A DNA stretch of 64,000 nt from the human T2T-CHM13v2.0 reference genome, Homo sapiens. A program made the position numbers and the translations under genes. The stretch lies in assembly GCF_009914755.1 (NCBI RefSeq), contig NC_060927.1; one strand, 5' to 3'. Below, one piece after another: positions 1 to 19,009 of the stretch. The notes beneath the pieces are model-generated. The model did no database searches. It was not told the origin of the DNA and saw nothing but the letters and a program-made list of their open reading frames with translations. How positions within the stretch are numbered: position 1 is the first letter of the stretch; each line of letters begins with the position of its first letter.

Positions 1-649
1 AAAGGGGTGACACTGGCCAACTTATGTGTTAACAGGATCCCTGGCTAGGAGGAGTGGCAGAGTTGGTACAGGGCCCTCACAAGGAGCTCCCAAAAGGGAA
101 CACATCCTCTCTGTTGTCAGTACAGAGACCCAGAGCACAGCTGTGCATAGAGGCTCTGCTGGAGAGAATGGGAGCAGGTGGCTGCCCCAGGTCCACAGAG
201 CTCCGTGGCTGGACAGGTGCCCTGCATTTGCTGCAGTCCCCTCCAGGCCAGCTCCCCAGGTCTCATTGCCACCAGCCCGGGGGCAGCTGGGTTCAGGCCC
301 TCTGCTCAGGGGCATCTGTCAGAAACAGCAAGTTTCACCCTGTGGCAACCTGGAGATACTCTGCATGGACATCCCATTTCATGGAAGAGAAAACTGTCAT
401 CTTGGGGCTGTAGCAGGGGGCCCCAGTCTCCCAGTGGAGGAGGAGGGCTTGTGGTTCCCATGGGGGACCTAGAGGTACAAGTGGGTCTGGGTGGCTGGTA
501 GCTGGGTGCTCCCTGTGTTTGCCTGCCTGGGCAAAATGCGTGCATTTCACAGCCGGACCCAACCCATCTTGAGGGTCTGGGGCCAAGGCTAGGCCTGCGG
601 TGGGTTTCTTTAATTTTAAAAACTAACTCTGTTAGTTTATGCAAATAAA

Positions 650-1720
<1,071 letters not shown>

Positions 1721-1729
1721 CTAGAAACT

Positions 1730-1949
1730 TCTAGAATACGCAAGCACACATCCCATTAGCCTCAAAGTGATGACATCATCACACTGTCATGTAGTCTCCA
1801 GAGAAGTCCACTATACACTGCACTGGGGGAGAGTGTATGAAGAAGGCAACCAATGTCCTAATGTTATGACAAACATAATTTTGACCTTATGGATCCCTGA
1901 AAGGGTCTTGGAGACCCTATAGGGCCAGGACCACACTTGAGAACCACTG
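1730..1949 (-). mobile_element. hAT-Charlie DNA transposon end (Charlie1/MER119-like)
   Basis: Ends ...ggaccacacttgagaaccactg, the reverse complement of the CAGTGGTTCTCAAAGTGTGGTCC Charlie terminus. Confidence 0.6.
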
Positions 1950-4900
1950 GTCAGTGCAACTACAAGCATGTAGGTGCGTGCACGTATTTTCACAAGCACT
2001 AACATAGGACGCACAGCGTTCTGTTCTATGCCTTTTTCAAATAACAATGGATCTTGGAGCTTTTCCCTGTCACTGCATGGAAAGTCCCCTTTCTGTGTTT
2101 GATGGCCGTGGTGCCCCACAGCATGCAAACCCCATCTTTGATTTACCGGTTCCCTTACTGATGGATATTCAGGTTGGTTCCAGTCTTTTGCTCTTAAAAA
2201 GCGATGCTGCTGTGAGCATCTCTACACCATGCCCCAGTGTGGAATTGTGAGGTCGATGTGTCTGTGCTTTTTTTCTTTGTACGCTGTTCATTGACACATA
2301 ACCACTAGAACCTGTCAGAAGCACACAACTCAAATGAATTTTCCCAAGTGAACACACCTGTGAAGCTGACCCTCAGCTCATGAGACAAGAGCCGGCCCTA
2401 GGAAGCCTCCTTTGTGCCCCTCCTAGGAAACCACCTCTCTTGACTTCTAATGGCAGAGGTTAGTTTTCCTGCTCTTAAACTTTTATAAATGAACGACCGT
2501 GCCATTGCGTGTATCGGGAGGGGGTCTTTTTGATTGTTGCATAGTGTTCCGTTGCAGGGATCGACCCTGCCTAGCTTGTTGTTCCCCGGCTGGGGGCATT
2601 GGGGTTGTTTCCAGTGGAGGCCATGAGCTTTCTCTGCCAGGCTTCTGGTCCTTATGCCTGTGCATTTCAGTTGAGAGGTGCTGGCTGGCTCAGCTCTAGG
2701 AGATATGGATGTAATTTTTTTTTATATGGACGTATTTTTATAGCCCTGGTAGACGTTGTTCACTTGTTCGCCCTGGAGGGTGTACTGGATTTTACTTACA
2801 CCTGCAGTCATGAGAATGTCTCTTTCCTCGTTCTATTCATGCGACAAATATTTATTGAGTGCCTCTCTCACCATTGCAGGAGCCGGGGAGACAGGGTGAG
2901 CAAAACAGACAAGACTGGAGCTGCCAGTCGTGGGGTGGGGATTCACACAGTCAACAAAATGAACATCTGAAATCTGGCACGTTAGATGGTGAAAGTGCTA
3001 AAGAGGAAATTAAGCAGGTTCTGGACTTTGCCAGTCTGAGAGGTGGGGAGCAGCCTCTCCTGGTGGTTTTAGTTTGTGTGTGCGTAGCTCTCCACCCACC
3101 TCGTCTGATGGTTCCCCAGTGAGTCTCACTGGTCACACTCCCACCAACACTGCTGTGGGGTGGCCTTCCTGCCATTCTCGCTAAACCAATGTTAGTCTTT
3201 CCTCCTTGGACACACCTCGGCCATGTATAAATTACCCATTGTCACAGGAATGCAAGTGAGGCAACCACAGCTCCTCCGTAGCGCACACAGTGCACATTTA
3301 TTATTGCTCCCAAGTCCACGGGCCAGTTGGGCAGTCCTGCTAACCTGGCCAGGCGTGGCTGACACCTGCTGGGCCTGAACGTGTGTCTGTGGTCACCTGG
3401 CAGCTCAGCTGGTCCGGGATGGCCTCAGCCAGGATGGCTCATGTCTGTGCCACGTGGTCTCCAGCTGGTTAGCTCTGGCGTGTTCTCATTGTGGAAACAG
3501 AGGTCCAAGAGAAAGATTAGAAACACACAGGTGTTTAATTTAGGATCTTGAAGATGGAGAGCACTCCTTCAATGATTAAGATAGACTTGAGATGGAGATT
3601 GAGATTTTATTACTTCCTGGGGGATACGTGGTGCACCTGGGGGCCACACACACGCGGGGAAGTCAGGGGCGGCAGGTGGGGGGTGGGGGGGAGGTGTGGG
3701 CCTGGGGCACTGGCTTTCACTGGGGTCCAGGATGGGGAACATGAAAGTCCGGTAGTGGTTGGGCACTTTAAAGCAAGCAGGCCTGAGATTTGAAACAAAC
3801 CAATGCAAAGTCCTTTCCTGGACGGAGGTGTTATTTTGGAATCCTGCTGGCCTGGAGGTCAGGTGTGGGTTTGGGGAAGGAGCTCTCTGGGCTGAAGTAG
3901 AGGAAAGACAGCAGGAATTTATCATCTAAGTTAGGTGGCCAATCAGACGTGGAGGCTGAGGTAGTATGCGTGCCGTAAACCTCAACACCCACAGACTCTT
4001 GCACCTGGGCTCCGAACTAGCAGGGCCGCTGCTTTTGCCACATTGTGTTGGCAGCCAGTCAAGAGGCCAGCCCAGGGTCAAGGCTCCTGGCCACGAGAGT
4101 CACTGCAGAGTCCTGCTGCCATGGTGGGGATTAAGGAGGGGGAGAATGCAGGCGGTCAGTTCAGTGGGTGCCCCCGTGCCTGACCACCAAGCCCCAGACC
4201 CCGTGCCAGTGCTTCACGTGCCTCCTCTCATTTAGTTCCCATAGTGACCCTACAGCAAAGGGATTACGAGTCCCTTCCCACCGTGGTGTCAACCTGTGCC
4301 TGGCCATGGCCTAGGGCGAGGAAGTGTTGAGCCCAGCTCTGAACCCAGATCTGTTGACATAAAAGGCATCTCTGTGTTTTCTGCTTGGGTCCTGGCACAG
4401 GGCTCCCCAGGTTAGAGGCTGGCTCGACCCTTCACTAGCTGTGTGACCTCAGGCAAATTGCTTAACTGTCCTGGGCCTCAAGATTTCTCATCTGTAAAAG
4501 GGGCTTACTGTTGGCTTCCTCCCAGAGCTGTGTTCTCAATGGGAAGAAAGCCTGCAGTGGACACCAGGTGCAGGGGAGGCCTGCCACAGAGCAGAGCTCC
4601 ACTCATGGCTGGCGTCCCGGATGCTGTGGTTCCAAGTCCTGAGGCCCTGCTGAGAGGGTGGCGGCCTTCGAGCCCTGGGCTGCATCCTGTTCACGCACCC
4701 AGGCCAAGGCAGCAGATGCGGCTTTCCTGAGGCTGAACCATGCCTAGGAGTCCTTGGCCTCCTGAGCCTTCCAGAATCCTGGGGGCCTCAGTGAGCTGGA
4801 GTTCAGGATCTGTGCTGCGAGTTTCCCTGCGGGCAATGTCGGCATCCTCTACCTGCCAGCACCTCCTCGAGGCTAGGCCAGGCTGTGGGCCTCTAGGACC

Positions 4901-6154
4901 TCTGGCCTGCAGCATCCGGGGCTTTGAGGTGAAGCTTCTGGTTGAGATCAGAATTGTGTGGGCTGGGGCTCTGGTGGGACCTCCACCCCCTTGTCCACTC
5001 CTCGGCCTCCATGCTGGGAAAGTGGGCTTGGGGCCAAGTTGCAGTGAGATTGAGCCTGCTTTGGCCCTCAGAGAGTGAATTCCTGCCTCTGCCGCTCGTG
5101 GCTGTGTGACCTCAGGCAAGCGACTCACCCTCTCTGAGCCTCAGTTTCTGCATCTGTACAATGGGGCGGTCCTGTTAGTCTCAGGATTACTGAGAGGAGC
5201 AGGCGGGCTAACGGCAGCCAGCACAGAGTGCTGCTCCGGGCCACGGGCTGCTTGCCTCATCCTGCCAGAGGTTCTGCAGGAACTGGGGTGGCGGGGGAGG
5301 GATGAGAAGAGGGCTTTGTGTTCTTGTTTCTTCAAACAGATGTAGATGTGTATCTTCTGGTGGCCAGAAGTTGTCCCCTCTGGCAAAAGAGCAGAGGAGC
5401 CAGGCCTGGCAGGGTTGGGCAGGGGCCGTTCCGCTGCTATGTTTGCCACTCCAGCTGCCTCCAGATGTGCAGCAGCGTGTTCCTCACTGGCTGTCTCCCT
5501 CCCATGCTGCACTCTTGTTTCGGCCCCTGCCAACTGCGTCAGCAAACGCGCGAGCTGCGAGACCCCTCCTTCAGCCATACTGCCTGGCTGCAAGGCTGGC
5601 TTCCCACAGACAAGGGGAGGGGCACCCTCCTCTACTGAGTCTGCATGCGGGGCCCTCTTTGCCACCCTCACAGGTCACCCTGCATCAGTGGAGCATTTAT
5701 TATGTGCCAGGCACTGTGTTAATCACTGGACGCGTATCAGTCCATTATGTGTCGTGACCCCGTGAGGGGATGTCATCATTATGTCCATTTTGTAGACGAG
5801 GTGACTGAGGCCCAGGCAGGTTAAGTGAATTGTCCATGGTTCCTGAAACCAGTGAAGTAGACGTTTGCCAACCCCTGACTTGGCCCCCTGCACCGGGCAC
5901 TTCCACCTCCTGCCTGCTGACTCCCTGAGTTTGCCTGGCTGCCCAGTGTGAGCAGGCATTTCCCTGTTGTGGGCAGACTGAGGCTTCAGGACTGTCTGGA
6001 TGGCTGGCCCTCAAGGGGCAAAGCTGAGCCCAGGGCAAGCTGGCAGGCCTCAGGCTCTGCACTCGCCCCCCTGCCCCAACCCCTCAGGCCTCTCCCTGGT
6101 ACCTTCCTGGTCAAGGTCTAGGCCGGTGGACCTGGTGGGACTGTGGTTCCAAGT

Positions 6155-6215
6155 ATAGTCAAGGGCCACATAAGGACGTTTTGGTCAGTGATAGACCCCA
6201 TATATAAAGGTGGGA
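6155..6215 (+). mobile_element. Short Tigger3-like terminal fragment
   Basis: tagtcaagggccacataaggacgttttggtcagtgatagacccc resembles the element start at 7912. Confidence 0.45.
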
Positions 6216-8098
6216 TTAGCAGGTAGGCAAGCCTGCCTGGCACAGAGGGCCCAGAACCTGGGGGTGGAGGAGTAGGGAGAGAGGGAGTGAGAGGCTTTCT
6301 CTCCTGCTTCCAGCCCCGTCCTCTAGCCTGCCCCCCTCACCTTTTGGGTGCCAGAGATTCAGCAGGAACCACAAAGGTGAAGACCCTTAGGGATGAGGGT
6401 CCCTGCTGTTAACTCCAGCGACTGTGGCCAGCTGGCCTTTAGAATGCATGCAATGGAGAAGCAGCACTAGAAGTCTGGGAGTGAAACAGCTTGTTGGAAA
6501 GTGGGGGCCGTGGGGACCAGAGACTGTACCTAGAACACAAGGGCAGTCGCTCCTGCTGTTGCCCTGGGGCCGTGGAGGCCTGGCATGGTCCAAGATTTTG
6601 GATTTTCTACAAGAAGCCTGGGATCTGGAACTTCATATGACAGCTCCCAATTTGTAAATATTAGCAATTCGTTCACATATTTTTAAAGCACCCACAAAGT
6701 ACACTACAGGCACCTGCTTGCTGCCATAGCTTGGACTCTCCCTCTGCCACCCCTCCTGACACCACTAGGATGACACAGAGGTCCAGTGCTGGGTGAGGAG
6801 CTGGCTGAGAGCTCTGCAGGTGCAGAGGATGGGGGCCCAGGAGCCCTGACTCCAACCCAGGCTCTCTCTGCCCAGACCTCCCATCCCAGCTGAGTCAGAG
6901 CTGGTGGGATCAGTGTCATGGTGAGGCTACATGGAGGGCTGAGGGCAGGGACCTGCAGGTTACTGTGCAGTACCTGGACCAGCAACAGTGGGAGCTCCAC
7001 CCCTGGCCTGCAGGGGAGACTGGTGAGAGCCGAGGCTCCAGGGAGTAGCCGTGGCCATAGGTAGAGGCAACTGTGCCTGTATGGGGACCCCAGGATGCCA
7101 CCCTCCAGGCCAGCCTCCCTCAAGAAAGAGCAGGGCTGACGGGTGGAAGGTGGGTCTAGGGCAGATAGGGAGTGGGCAGTAGGCTTTGGGGAGGATGGCC
7201 GTGCGGGTATGGTGGTTGGGAATCAGGGACTGTCCGCAATGCCACCACACAGGCATGGGCGTGAGATGAGCAGCCTCAAGCTCATCTCTGTGTGCTCCTC
7301 ACATGCTCACACGGGAGGAGTTAGAGTGAGCTCAGATGCCCAGGTAGAGATGCCATGTTGGCGGTGGGAACTTGAGCATGGAGCTCAGGGCACAGGTCTA
7401 AGCTAGAGGTGGAAGCTGATCAGAGAATGGCTGTGCTTCTGTCCCTTCCCCACCAAGCTGGCCCACCTGGCAGTTGGGGCTGGGTTGGTGGTGGGTGAGT
7501 GATGGAGGACGACCTCACAATTCCTCATCTGTCACCGTGTGGCCCCTGGAGCCTGGATGCAGGAGCAGGGAGGCCAAGGGTCTTGCCAGAGGTTGCTTGG
7601 CTGGTGGGGGCATGGCTGGGCTTTGAGTGGAGCTCTCTGGCTTCCTGGCTTTGTGCCTCACACCCCCCACCAGCCGTGGCCATCAGGATAGAAGTGTTTC
7701 CTGCTTGGCGTGAGGCTGGTGAGCGTGTTACCCTGACCTCTCCTAGGCACCTTTGATCAGTGCTGATTGCTTCACTTTGAGTGTGCAGAGTGGCCAGTTA
7801 TTCTGCAGGAGCAACTAGACAGAGGAAGGATGTATTTTAGTGGGGGGTGTGCATGGGGGAATCAGATCAATCAGTGCCTGGTCAAGTTCTAGGAAGGCGG
7901 GCCTGGTGGTACAGTCAAGCGCTGCATAATGACATTTCCATCAATGATATACTCTATATGTGATGGTCCCATACGATTATGGTGAAGCTGAAGGAGCTGA
8001 AAAATGCCTTTTGCCTAGTGACAGCGTAGCCATTACTCGTGTTTGTGGTGATGCTGGTATAAGCAAACCTACCGCACTGCCAGTAATACAAAAGCCTA

Positions 8099-8280
<182 letters not shown>

Positions 8281-8640
8281 AGCCTAGCACGTGTAGTTAG
8301 TTACAGTGCATCATACTTGATAATGAATGTCTGTGTTACCAGTTTATGTATTTACTATGTTTTTGTTGTTATTTTGGTAGGCCTAGGGCACTACTGTGCG
8401 CTAGTGTGTTATTTGGCTTTCTACTTATTTGAAAAATAGTTAACTATAAAACAGCCTCTGGCAGGTCCTTTGGGAGGTATCCAGGAGAAGGCATTGCTAT
8501 CATAGGAGATGACAGCTCCCTGCATGTTACTGCCCCTTAAGACGTCCCAGCGGGATAAGATGTGGAGGTGGAAGGCGGTAATATTGATGATCCTGACCCT
8601 GTGTAGGCCTAGGCTAGTGTGTGTGTTTATGTCTTAGTTT

Positions 8641-9270
<630 letters not shown>

Positions 9271-9327
9271 TATGTCTTAGTTTTTAAGAAAAAAGATTTA
9301 AAAGTTAAAAAAAAAAAATTGAAAATA

Positions 9328-9622
9328 GGCTGGGTGCGGTGGCTTATGCCTGTAATCCCAGCACTTTGGGAGGCTGAGGGCGGATCACCTGAGGTCAGGA
9401 GTTTGAGACCAGCTTGGCCCACATGGTAAAACCCCATCTCTACTAAAAATACAAAAATTAGCCGGTCACAGTGGCGCAGGGCTGTAATCCTAGCTACTCA
9501 GGAGGCTGAGGTAGGAGAATCGCTTGAGCCCGAGAGGCGGAGTTTGTAGTGAGCCCAGATTGGGCCACTGCATTCCAGCCGGGGTGACACAGCGAGACTC
9601 CGTCTCAAAAAAAAAAAAAAAA
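9328..9622 (+). mobile_element. Alu (Sx-like)
   Basis: ggctgggtgcggtggcttatgcctgtaatccc...A tail. Confidence 0.92.
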
Positions 9623-9972
9623 ATAAATAAATAATTAAAAAAATAATAAAAACACATATAGAGTAAGGATATAAAGAAATATTTTTCTATAGCTGTACAA
9701 TGAGGGCATTTATGTTTTAAGGTAAGCGTTATTACAAAAGGGTAAAAAATTAAAATTTATAAAGTAAAAACATTACAGTAAGCTAAGAGGAATTTATTAT
9801 TGAAGAAAGAAAAATATTTTAAACTAAATTTAGTGTAGCTGAAGTGTCCAGTGTTTCTAAAATCTGCAGTAGTGCACAGTAGTGCCCTAGGTCTTCAAAT
9901 GCACTCACCACTCACTCATTGAGTCACCCACGGCAGCATCCAGTCTGCAAGCTCCATGCATGGTAAGGGCCC

Positions 9973-10560
9973 TGTAAACCAAAAATAAAATTCTAAGGCC
10001 CCCCGCCACCAACCATCTAACTGGACTTCCTTCTCAGCAGGCGCTCTTAAAATTTAACTTGAAAGACTGGTTCAGGCCATGAAGGGAAGTGGGGGTCAGA
10101 GAGGCCTCATTATATCTCTCACATTAACTTCAGCACAGACTTTAAGTCTGATAAGAAACATTTTACAGCCTAGCTAAAAGCTTCATCTGCATGATAAAAC
10201 TACACCATGCACAACCTCTTATCCCAACCCAAACATCATTCCTTTCTATTGATCCCAGGTCTTTAGACAAACTCAACCAATTGTCAACCACAAAATGTTT
10301 AAATTTACCTGTGGCCTGGAGGCACCCCCCAATCTTGCTTTGAGTTGTCCTGCCTTTCTGGACCAAACTAATGTGTTTCTTAAATGTGCTTGATTGATGT
10401 CTCCTGCCTCCCTAAAATGTACAAAACCAAGCTGCACTCCAACCACCTTGGGCACAAGTGGTCAGGACTTCCTGAGGTTGTGTCTTGGGCATGTATCCTC
10501 AACCTTGGCAAAATACTTTCTGAATTAACTGAGACCTGTCTCAGATTTTCTGGGCCTGCA
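9973..10560 (+). mobile_element. Solo ERV1 LTR (MER4-like)
   Basis: TGTAAACCAAAAATAAAATTCTAAGGCCCCCC...CA termini with a 5-bp ggccc duplication (9968-9972 and 10561-10565). Confidence 0.75.
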
Positions 10561-12645
10561 GGCCCTATACAGGCGAACCACTTTTTATCTTTTATATCAT
10601 ACTCTTACTGTGCCTTTTCTGTGTCTAGCTTTGTTTAGATTCACAAATACTTACCATTGTGTTCCAGTTGCCTGTAGTACTCAGTACAGTCATGTTCTGG
10701 ACAGGTGTGTCGCCTAGGAGCAAGGCTATATCATGCAGCCCAGGTGTGTAGTAGTCTATGACACTTAGGTGTGGGTAAGGACACTCTTATGTCCTCACAC
10801 GATGACGACACCACCTAACCACGCATTTCTCAGAACGTGACCCCTTCGTTAAGTGACGCATGATTGTGTGGGGTGAAGGGAAATGGAAAGCTGCCAGGCG
10901 GAGGCACGGGGCGTTTGGTTCTGGAAGGGCCCCAGCCTGGCCCTGTGGCTTCTCATTGGGAACCCTGAGCTCCAGGTCCCAGACCACCTTGGCTTTGCTC
11001 TGGCAGAGCACGGCTGGTGGCTGCTCCCAGGGTACCTGCTGCCTCTTCTCCAGGCAGGACTTCTGAGTCAACGCCTCCCCGGCCAGCACGGATCACCCGA
11101 GGCTTTGCAGAAGACCACGCTGGACAGTGCTGGTGCCCCACTGCCTGTTTACTTCTAAGAGAAAAAAAGATCCAGTTTATATTATGTGATATTTTTACTT
11201 TGATTTTTTATCAATCATTATTTATGTTTCTAAAAAGGTATGTTTACGTTTCTCATAGTAAATACTGGTGTGGGAACACCAAAATTGCTATGTAGTTAAA
11301 TATCTCTTATTAAACTGTACGTATGATGGGCTGGAAATTAAGCGAGAAAGAAAAAGCAACAGAATTAAATCATTTATAAGATTCATCTATAAGTAACACA
11401 AAACATCATTCTAAGAATCAGAATTACATCAAACTTCAGTTTGAGCAGAAGTATAGTCTCTTAGGTAATAGCAGTTCCTTAAATAATAATGAAAGAGAGA
11501 ATTCATAGTTCTTTCTGAGAAGGGACAGTGCACACTTTTAGTGCCTTGCAAGTTCCACACATTCTTTTTAAACAGAGTTAAACTTGTCAAGAATTTCTGT
11601 GCTTCTCCTGAATCAGGGCAGGCCAGAGTTGTGCAAGATACTTTTCTCTCTTTTGCATAGAGTTGGCCCCTAGACATCGCAACAAAAATAACCCATGAAA
11701 ATGCGGATGACAGTCGCACACATCACTGGCTCCCTGGAAGGCTGTGGAAGGGTGAGGCTTGTCCATGGGTCCTCTGACTGCGAACATACCACTTTCCAGA
11801 GCTTTCTAAGGAGCAGCTGGAAGTCAAATACTATGGGGTCTCACAGCCCCTCCCACCCATGTTGTTGAAGCCCACCATCAAGCCCCCTTTGGTAACTGTG
11901 ACTCTCCCAGCCACAGCTCACTAACATCCCAGGGTTCCACCTGGAACCCCAGTCCACACTAAGCAGCTGGGACAGACTTTCAGTGGGGCTATTTGAGGGG
12001 GAAGGGGGCTCAGTGAAGAAGGGCCTCAGCCTCATCATTGTCCAGTGCTCTCTCTCATTTGGGACACACACACACATGGATATTTCAGTCTTGACACTGT
12101 ATCTTGCAACTCTAAAAAATAGCGATATTCTCTAATATTATCACATACCATGACCCTATACTTCACACAATTACCAATTCCCTAATGCCTTCTAATACTC
12201 CAACTATATTAATCTCTCTCTTCTTCTTCCCAAAGGGTACCGTATAGCTCGTTTTATAAAAGCAATGTCTAATCAAGGATGATTAGATATTTGGTTTATT
12301 TTTGGTTGTTAATGTCTCCTGAGTTTCCTTCTTTCTTAAAGTTTCTATTGAAGCATAATGTACATGCTCTTGAGTGTCTTTTAATCCAGATTAATATAAC
12401 AGTACTCGTCTTAGAGCTTTTTATTAGAGTAAAATGTATAGACAGTAAAGCAACAAGCCTTAATAGAACAGCCCAGCAAGTTTCTTCTTATGTGTAAACC
12501 CAGGCATTCCACAGTCAAGATAGAAAGCATTTCAAGCACCCCAGAGTTTTCCTGGTGCCCTTTCTCAGTTCTTAACCCCATCGCTGCTGGAAACCATTAT
12601 TTTGACTTTTATCACCATCTATTACTCTTGCCAATTATTTTTTAT

Positions 12646-12770
12646 TTTTTTGTAGAGATGGGGTCTACCTATGTTGCCCAGCTGGGTCTCAAACTCCTGG
12701 CCTCAAGCAATCCTCCTGCCTCGCCCTCCCAAAGTGCTGGGATTATAGGCAGGAGCCACCATGCCTGGCC
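12646..12770 (-). mobile_element. Alu left monomer (FLAM-like)
   Basis: tttttgtagagatggggtct...agccaccatgcctggcc. Confidence 0.8.
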
Positions 12771-12790
12771 TAACTCTTGCCTAGTCTTTA

Positions 12791-15250
<2,460 letters not shown>

Positions 15251-15269
15251 GGCTTATATTAGTTTGCTT

Positions 15270-15640
15270 TGGCAACAGTTTATTTAGCTCATTCTGTGAG
15301 TTGGGAATTTGGGCTGGGCTCTGCTGATGGGGGCCAGGTGTGGCTGAGCTCGCTCAGGTGTTTGTGGTCAGCTGGGAGCTCAGCTGGGAGATAGCTGGTC
15401 TGGGATGGCCTCTGCTGGGATGGTTGTCTATGCTCTCTCATCCTCCATCAGCCCAGCCCGGACTACAGAGTCCCAGGAGAGACAGCAGAAGCCACAAGGC
15501 CCCTTTGGATTTCACATGTGCCATATCCTGTTGTCCAGGGCAACATAGTCACGAGGTCAGCCCAGATTCAACAGGTGGGGAAATAGATGCCACTTCTCAA
15601 TGGGAGGAACTGCAAAGCATTGAGGTGATTTCTGCAGTCA
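15270..15640. mobile_element. MLT1-type MaLR LTR remnant
   Basis: tttatttagctcattctgtgagttgggaatttgggctgggct...cagcccagattcaa...gggaggaactgcaaa. Similar remnants at about 3240-3530, 30070-30470, 35310-35820 and 59300-59600. Confidence 0.5.
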
Positions 15641-15895
15641 TCACAGATAGGATGGCAATATTCACACTGAATTTAGCAGCCACCTCTGGAGGGTTGGATC
15701 TTCATTGGAGTCCTGCACATGTTAACTACCCGGGCATGGGTTAAAGTTAATCTGCACACTCACATTGTGATATAAACATAAGGAAATGTTTTCAAGTTTG
15801 TCTCTGGTAGACAACAGCCTGGGCTTTGGGGACAGGCAGAGCTGCATTCCAATCTCAGTACAGTCACTTTCTTCACCTTTAAGGGGAAGGTAATT

Positions 15896-16194
<299 letters not shown>

Positions 16195-16234
16195 GTGGAA
16201 GATAATTGCCCCTAGCCTGCAGGGTTGTGGGGAG

Positions 16235-16324
16235 AATTAAGTGGGTGACATATTCAGAAGTCCCCAGCACGGGCGGCTGAATTAAGTGGGTGACATATTC
16301 AGAAGTCCCCAGCGTGGGCGGCTG
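16235..16324. repeat. 45-bp tandem duplication
   Basis: aattaagtgggtgacatattcagaagtccccagc(ac/gt)gggcggctg x2. Confidence 0.9.
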
Positions 16325-16772
16325 TAACCATTAGCAAGTATGAATTCTTCTTCTCTCAGCCCTGGAAGCAGCCGGTCTTAAGCCAGTGTACCTCGTCTTC
16401 CTCTGCCCCTGACACTGCAAGCTTTTATAACACTCATTTTACCTCCACTTCAGAGTTGAGCTGAGTTACAGTTGACAAGCTGGTATCTTGTAAAATGTAT
16501 AGACTTTTAAGTGAACATTTTCCCAGTTCTTTTCTGTGGTTGTCTCTTTAGATTTTGGAGCCATTATATTTTCTTCCCAGGCCCAGGAGTCAAGCATTTT
16601 TTCTGGAGACTTTTGGAAAGCTCGTAGACCCCAGTGGGTGGGTAGGATACTGAGGGTGCGGTTAAACCCACCCTCCTTGACGTTTGGGGGCTGCTTGTTG
16701 AAACATGGGCAGAGTTCCGTCGCTCAGAGACCCACTTGCCCGGGCTTGATGGGCTGGGGGTGGTGCTGGGCA

Positions 16773-16885
16773 GGGCAGAGGTCCCTGCTATGATGGGCTT
16801 CTCTCTGGATGGAGCAGAGGTCCCTGCTGTGATGGGCTTCTTTCTGGGCGGGGCAGAGGTCCCTGCTGTGATGGGCTTCTCTCTG
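16773..16885. repeat. 39-bp minisatellite, about 3 copies
   Basis: g(g/a)gcagaggtccctgct(a/g)tgatgggcttct... units start at 16773, 16812 and 16851. Confidence 0.9.
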
Positions 16886-18588
16886 TGCTCAGACCCTGTC
16901 TCTCACCATTCCTGGGCTCAGGGGACCTGCAGCTTGGGCAGCTTTGATTCCTGTCCTGGGGATTGGGGATAACCTCACAAAATAAGCCTGTCGTTTAAAC
17001 CCTGTATGTTTAAACCCTTGGGCACATCACTCTGCCTCCCTGGGTCTTGGTTTTCCCAGCTGGGTGGTGGCTGTTACTAAAGTGATCCTGGCTCCGTGGG
17101 CTCTGGAGGGAGGGGGAGCCCTAGCCCCCGACCTGGGCCCAGGAAACAGCTTTTGCCAGGCTTCTCAAGCTGGCAGAGCTGAATGGTCAAGCTGGCTTTC
17201 AGGTGACACTCAGCTGGGGACACAGAGGGACCCCAGAGCCCGGGCTCCCAGGTCCAGACCCTATGCAGGATGGTGCACAGCTGAGAGCCTGCTGTGAGAG
17301 TGGGCTTGGGGAAGGGGCCAGAGGGGTGGCAGGGAGGGCCTTGCTTCCCTTGGAAGAACTGATGAAGATGGGGACTTGAACTTCCGTTCCCTTCTTTCCT
17401 TTCTTTGATGCTTGGCTCAGGAGCCTGCACTCTGGAGCCATGCAGCTGGGGTGAGATCCTGCGGCTGCCCCGGCTGGGTGTGTGGTCTGGGGCAAGCTGT
17501 GCCTTCTCTTTCCACAGCTGTCTGCTGGTCTGCAAAATGGGGGCTGAGGCTGGGACGTTCCTTCTAGAGCCAGAGGGAAGATACCGTGGGTGCAGGGTGG
17601 GGTCTAGCAGGCAGCTCTGCCAAGCCTGAGATCCGGCCGGTTGGCTGGACTGGCCAGGCTGGGGTGTCCAGACAGTAAACACCCACAGAGGAGAAGGTGA
17701 TGTGAGGGCCACAGAAAGCAGTGGGGATGCAGAAGCCGGTGCTGAGGGGGCTGGCTGGGGCTGCTCTGCCTGCTGAGGAAGGCATCCCTCAGGCTGAGTT
17801 GGGTGAGCTCAGGCAGAGCCCGCTGCCTGGCCGCTCCTGCTGTTTCTTAGCCATCCCCTGCTGGTTTCTGTGATCCCGGGGAGGAAGGCAGACCCAGGTT
17901 CAGAAACCCTTTCTGTCTGTCCATTTTACAGTCCTCATAAAAAAAAACTCAAGGCGCCTCCACAGACCTTCAGGTAACCCTCCCACCCTGTCCCTCCACA
18001 CCCCCAGGAGAACACCAAGGCTGGCGGGAACATCAGGGCTGCAGCCTTCTGTGTGCTGTTTGCTCAGGCCCCACAAATATCCTGTCCAAACAGGGGCCTG
18101 GCGGAGATGGCCCTGTCACCACCCTCCTGCCAGGTGTGGAAACTTCTCTGCAGCATTTTCAAAGCCGGAATTCTTTAAGGCTTTAATGTCAAGGGACTGG
18201 GACTGGCTAGAGCGGTCATGACCTCTGCACTGGATTGTTCAGGGAACCCATTGTCCTATGATCAAAGGAGCTTAGAATCCTCAGAAAATGGGTAATACCT
18301 GCATAAGATAAGAAACAAATACAAATTACAAAAGGGGTAAACAGTCAGTTTCCTTCCTCCCTCCCCAGGGCTGAGTCCTTCCCCAAGATAGCCACAGTTA
18401 CCAGTTTCTTGGGTATCCTTCCAGAAATAATCCATGCATATCCATGTATCTTTTTAGGAAGACAAATGGTAGCTTATTAGAGATACTATTCAGGATTGAC
18501 CCTTAAAAAATTCTTCATAGTACATGTGGAAATTCTTTCATGTAAGTGCATGCAGATCTAACGCTTTTTAACAGCTGCATACGATTAG

Positions 18589-18831
<243 letters not shown>

Positions 18832-19009
18832 TAATCACTGCCCTGCAGGTGGGATTTAGGTTGTTTCTGGATCTTTGCTGTCACAAATGCAGGTGCATCA
18901 GAATCTGTGATGCTCCTGTTTGTGTTCATGGGAGCATCTCATCTATCAGCAGATTAGATCCCTACAAGGAGAATTGCAGGGTCACAAATTTTTTACACTG
19001 CAATGCATT

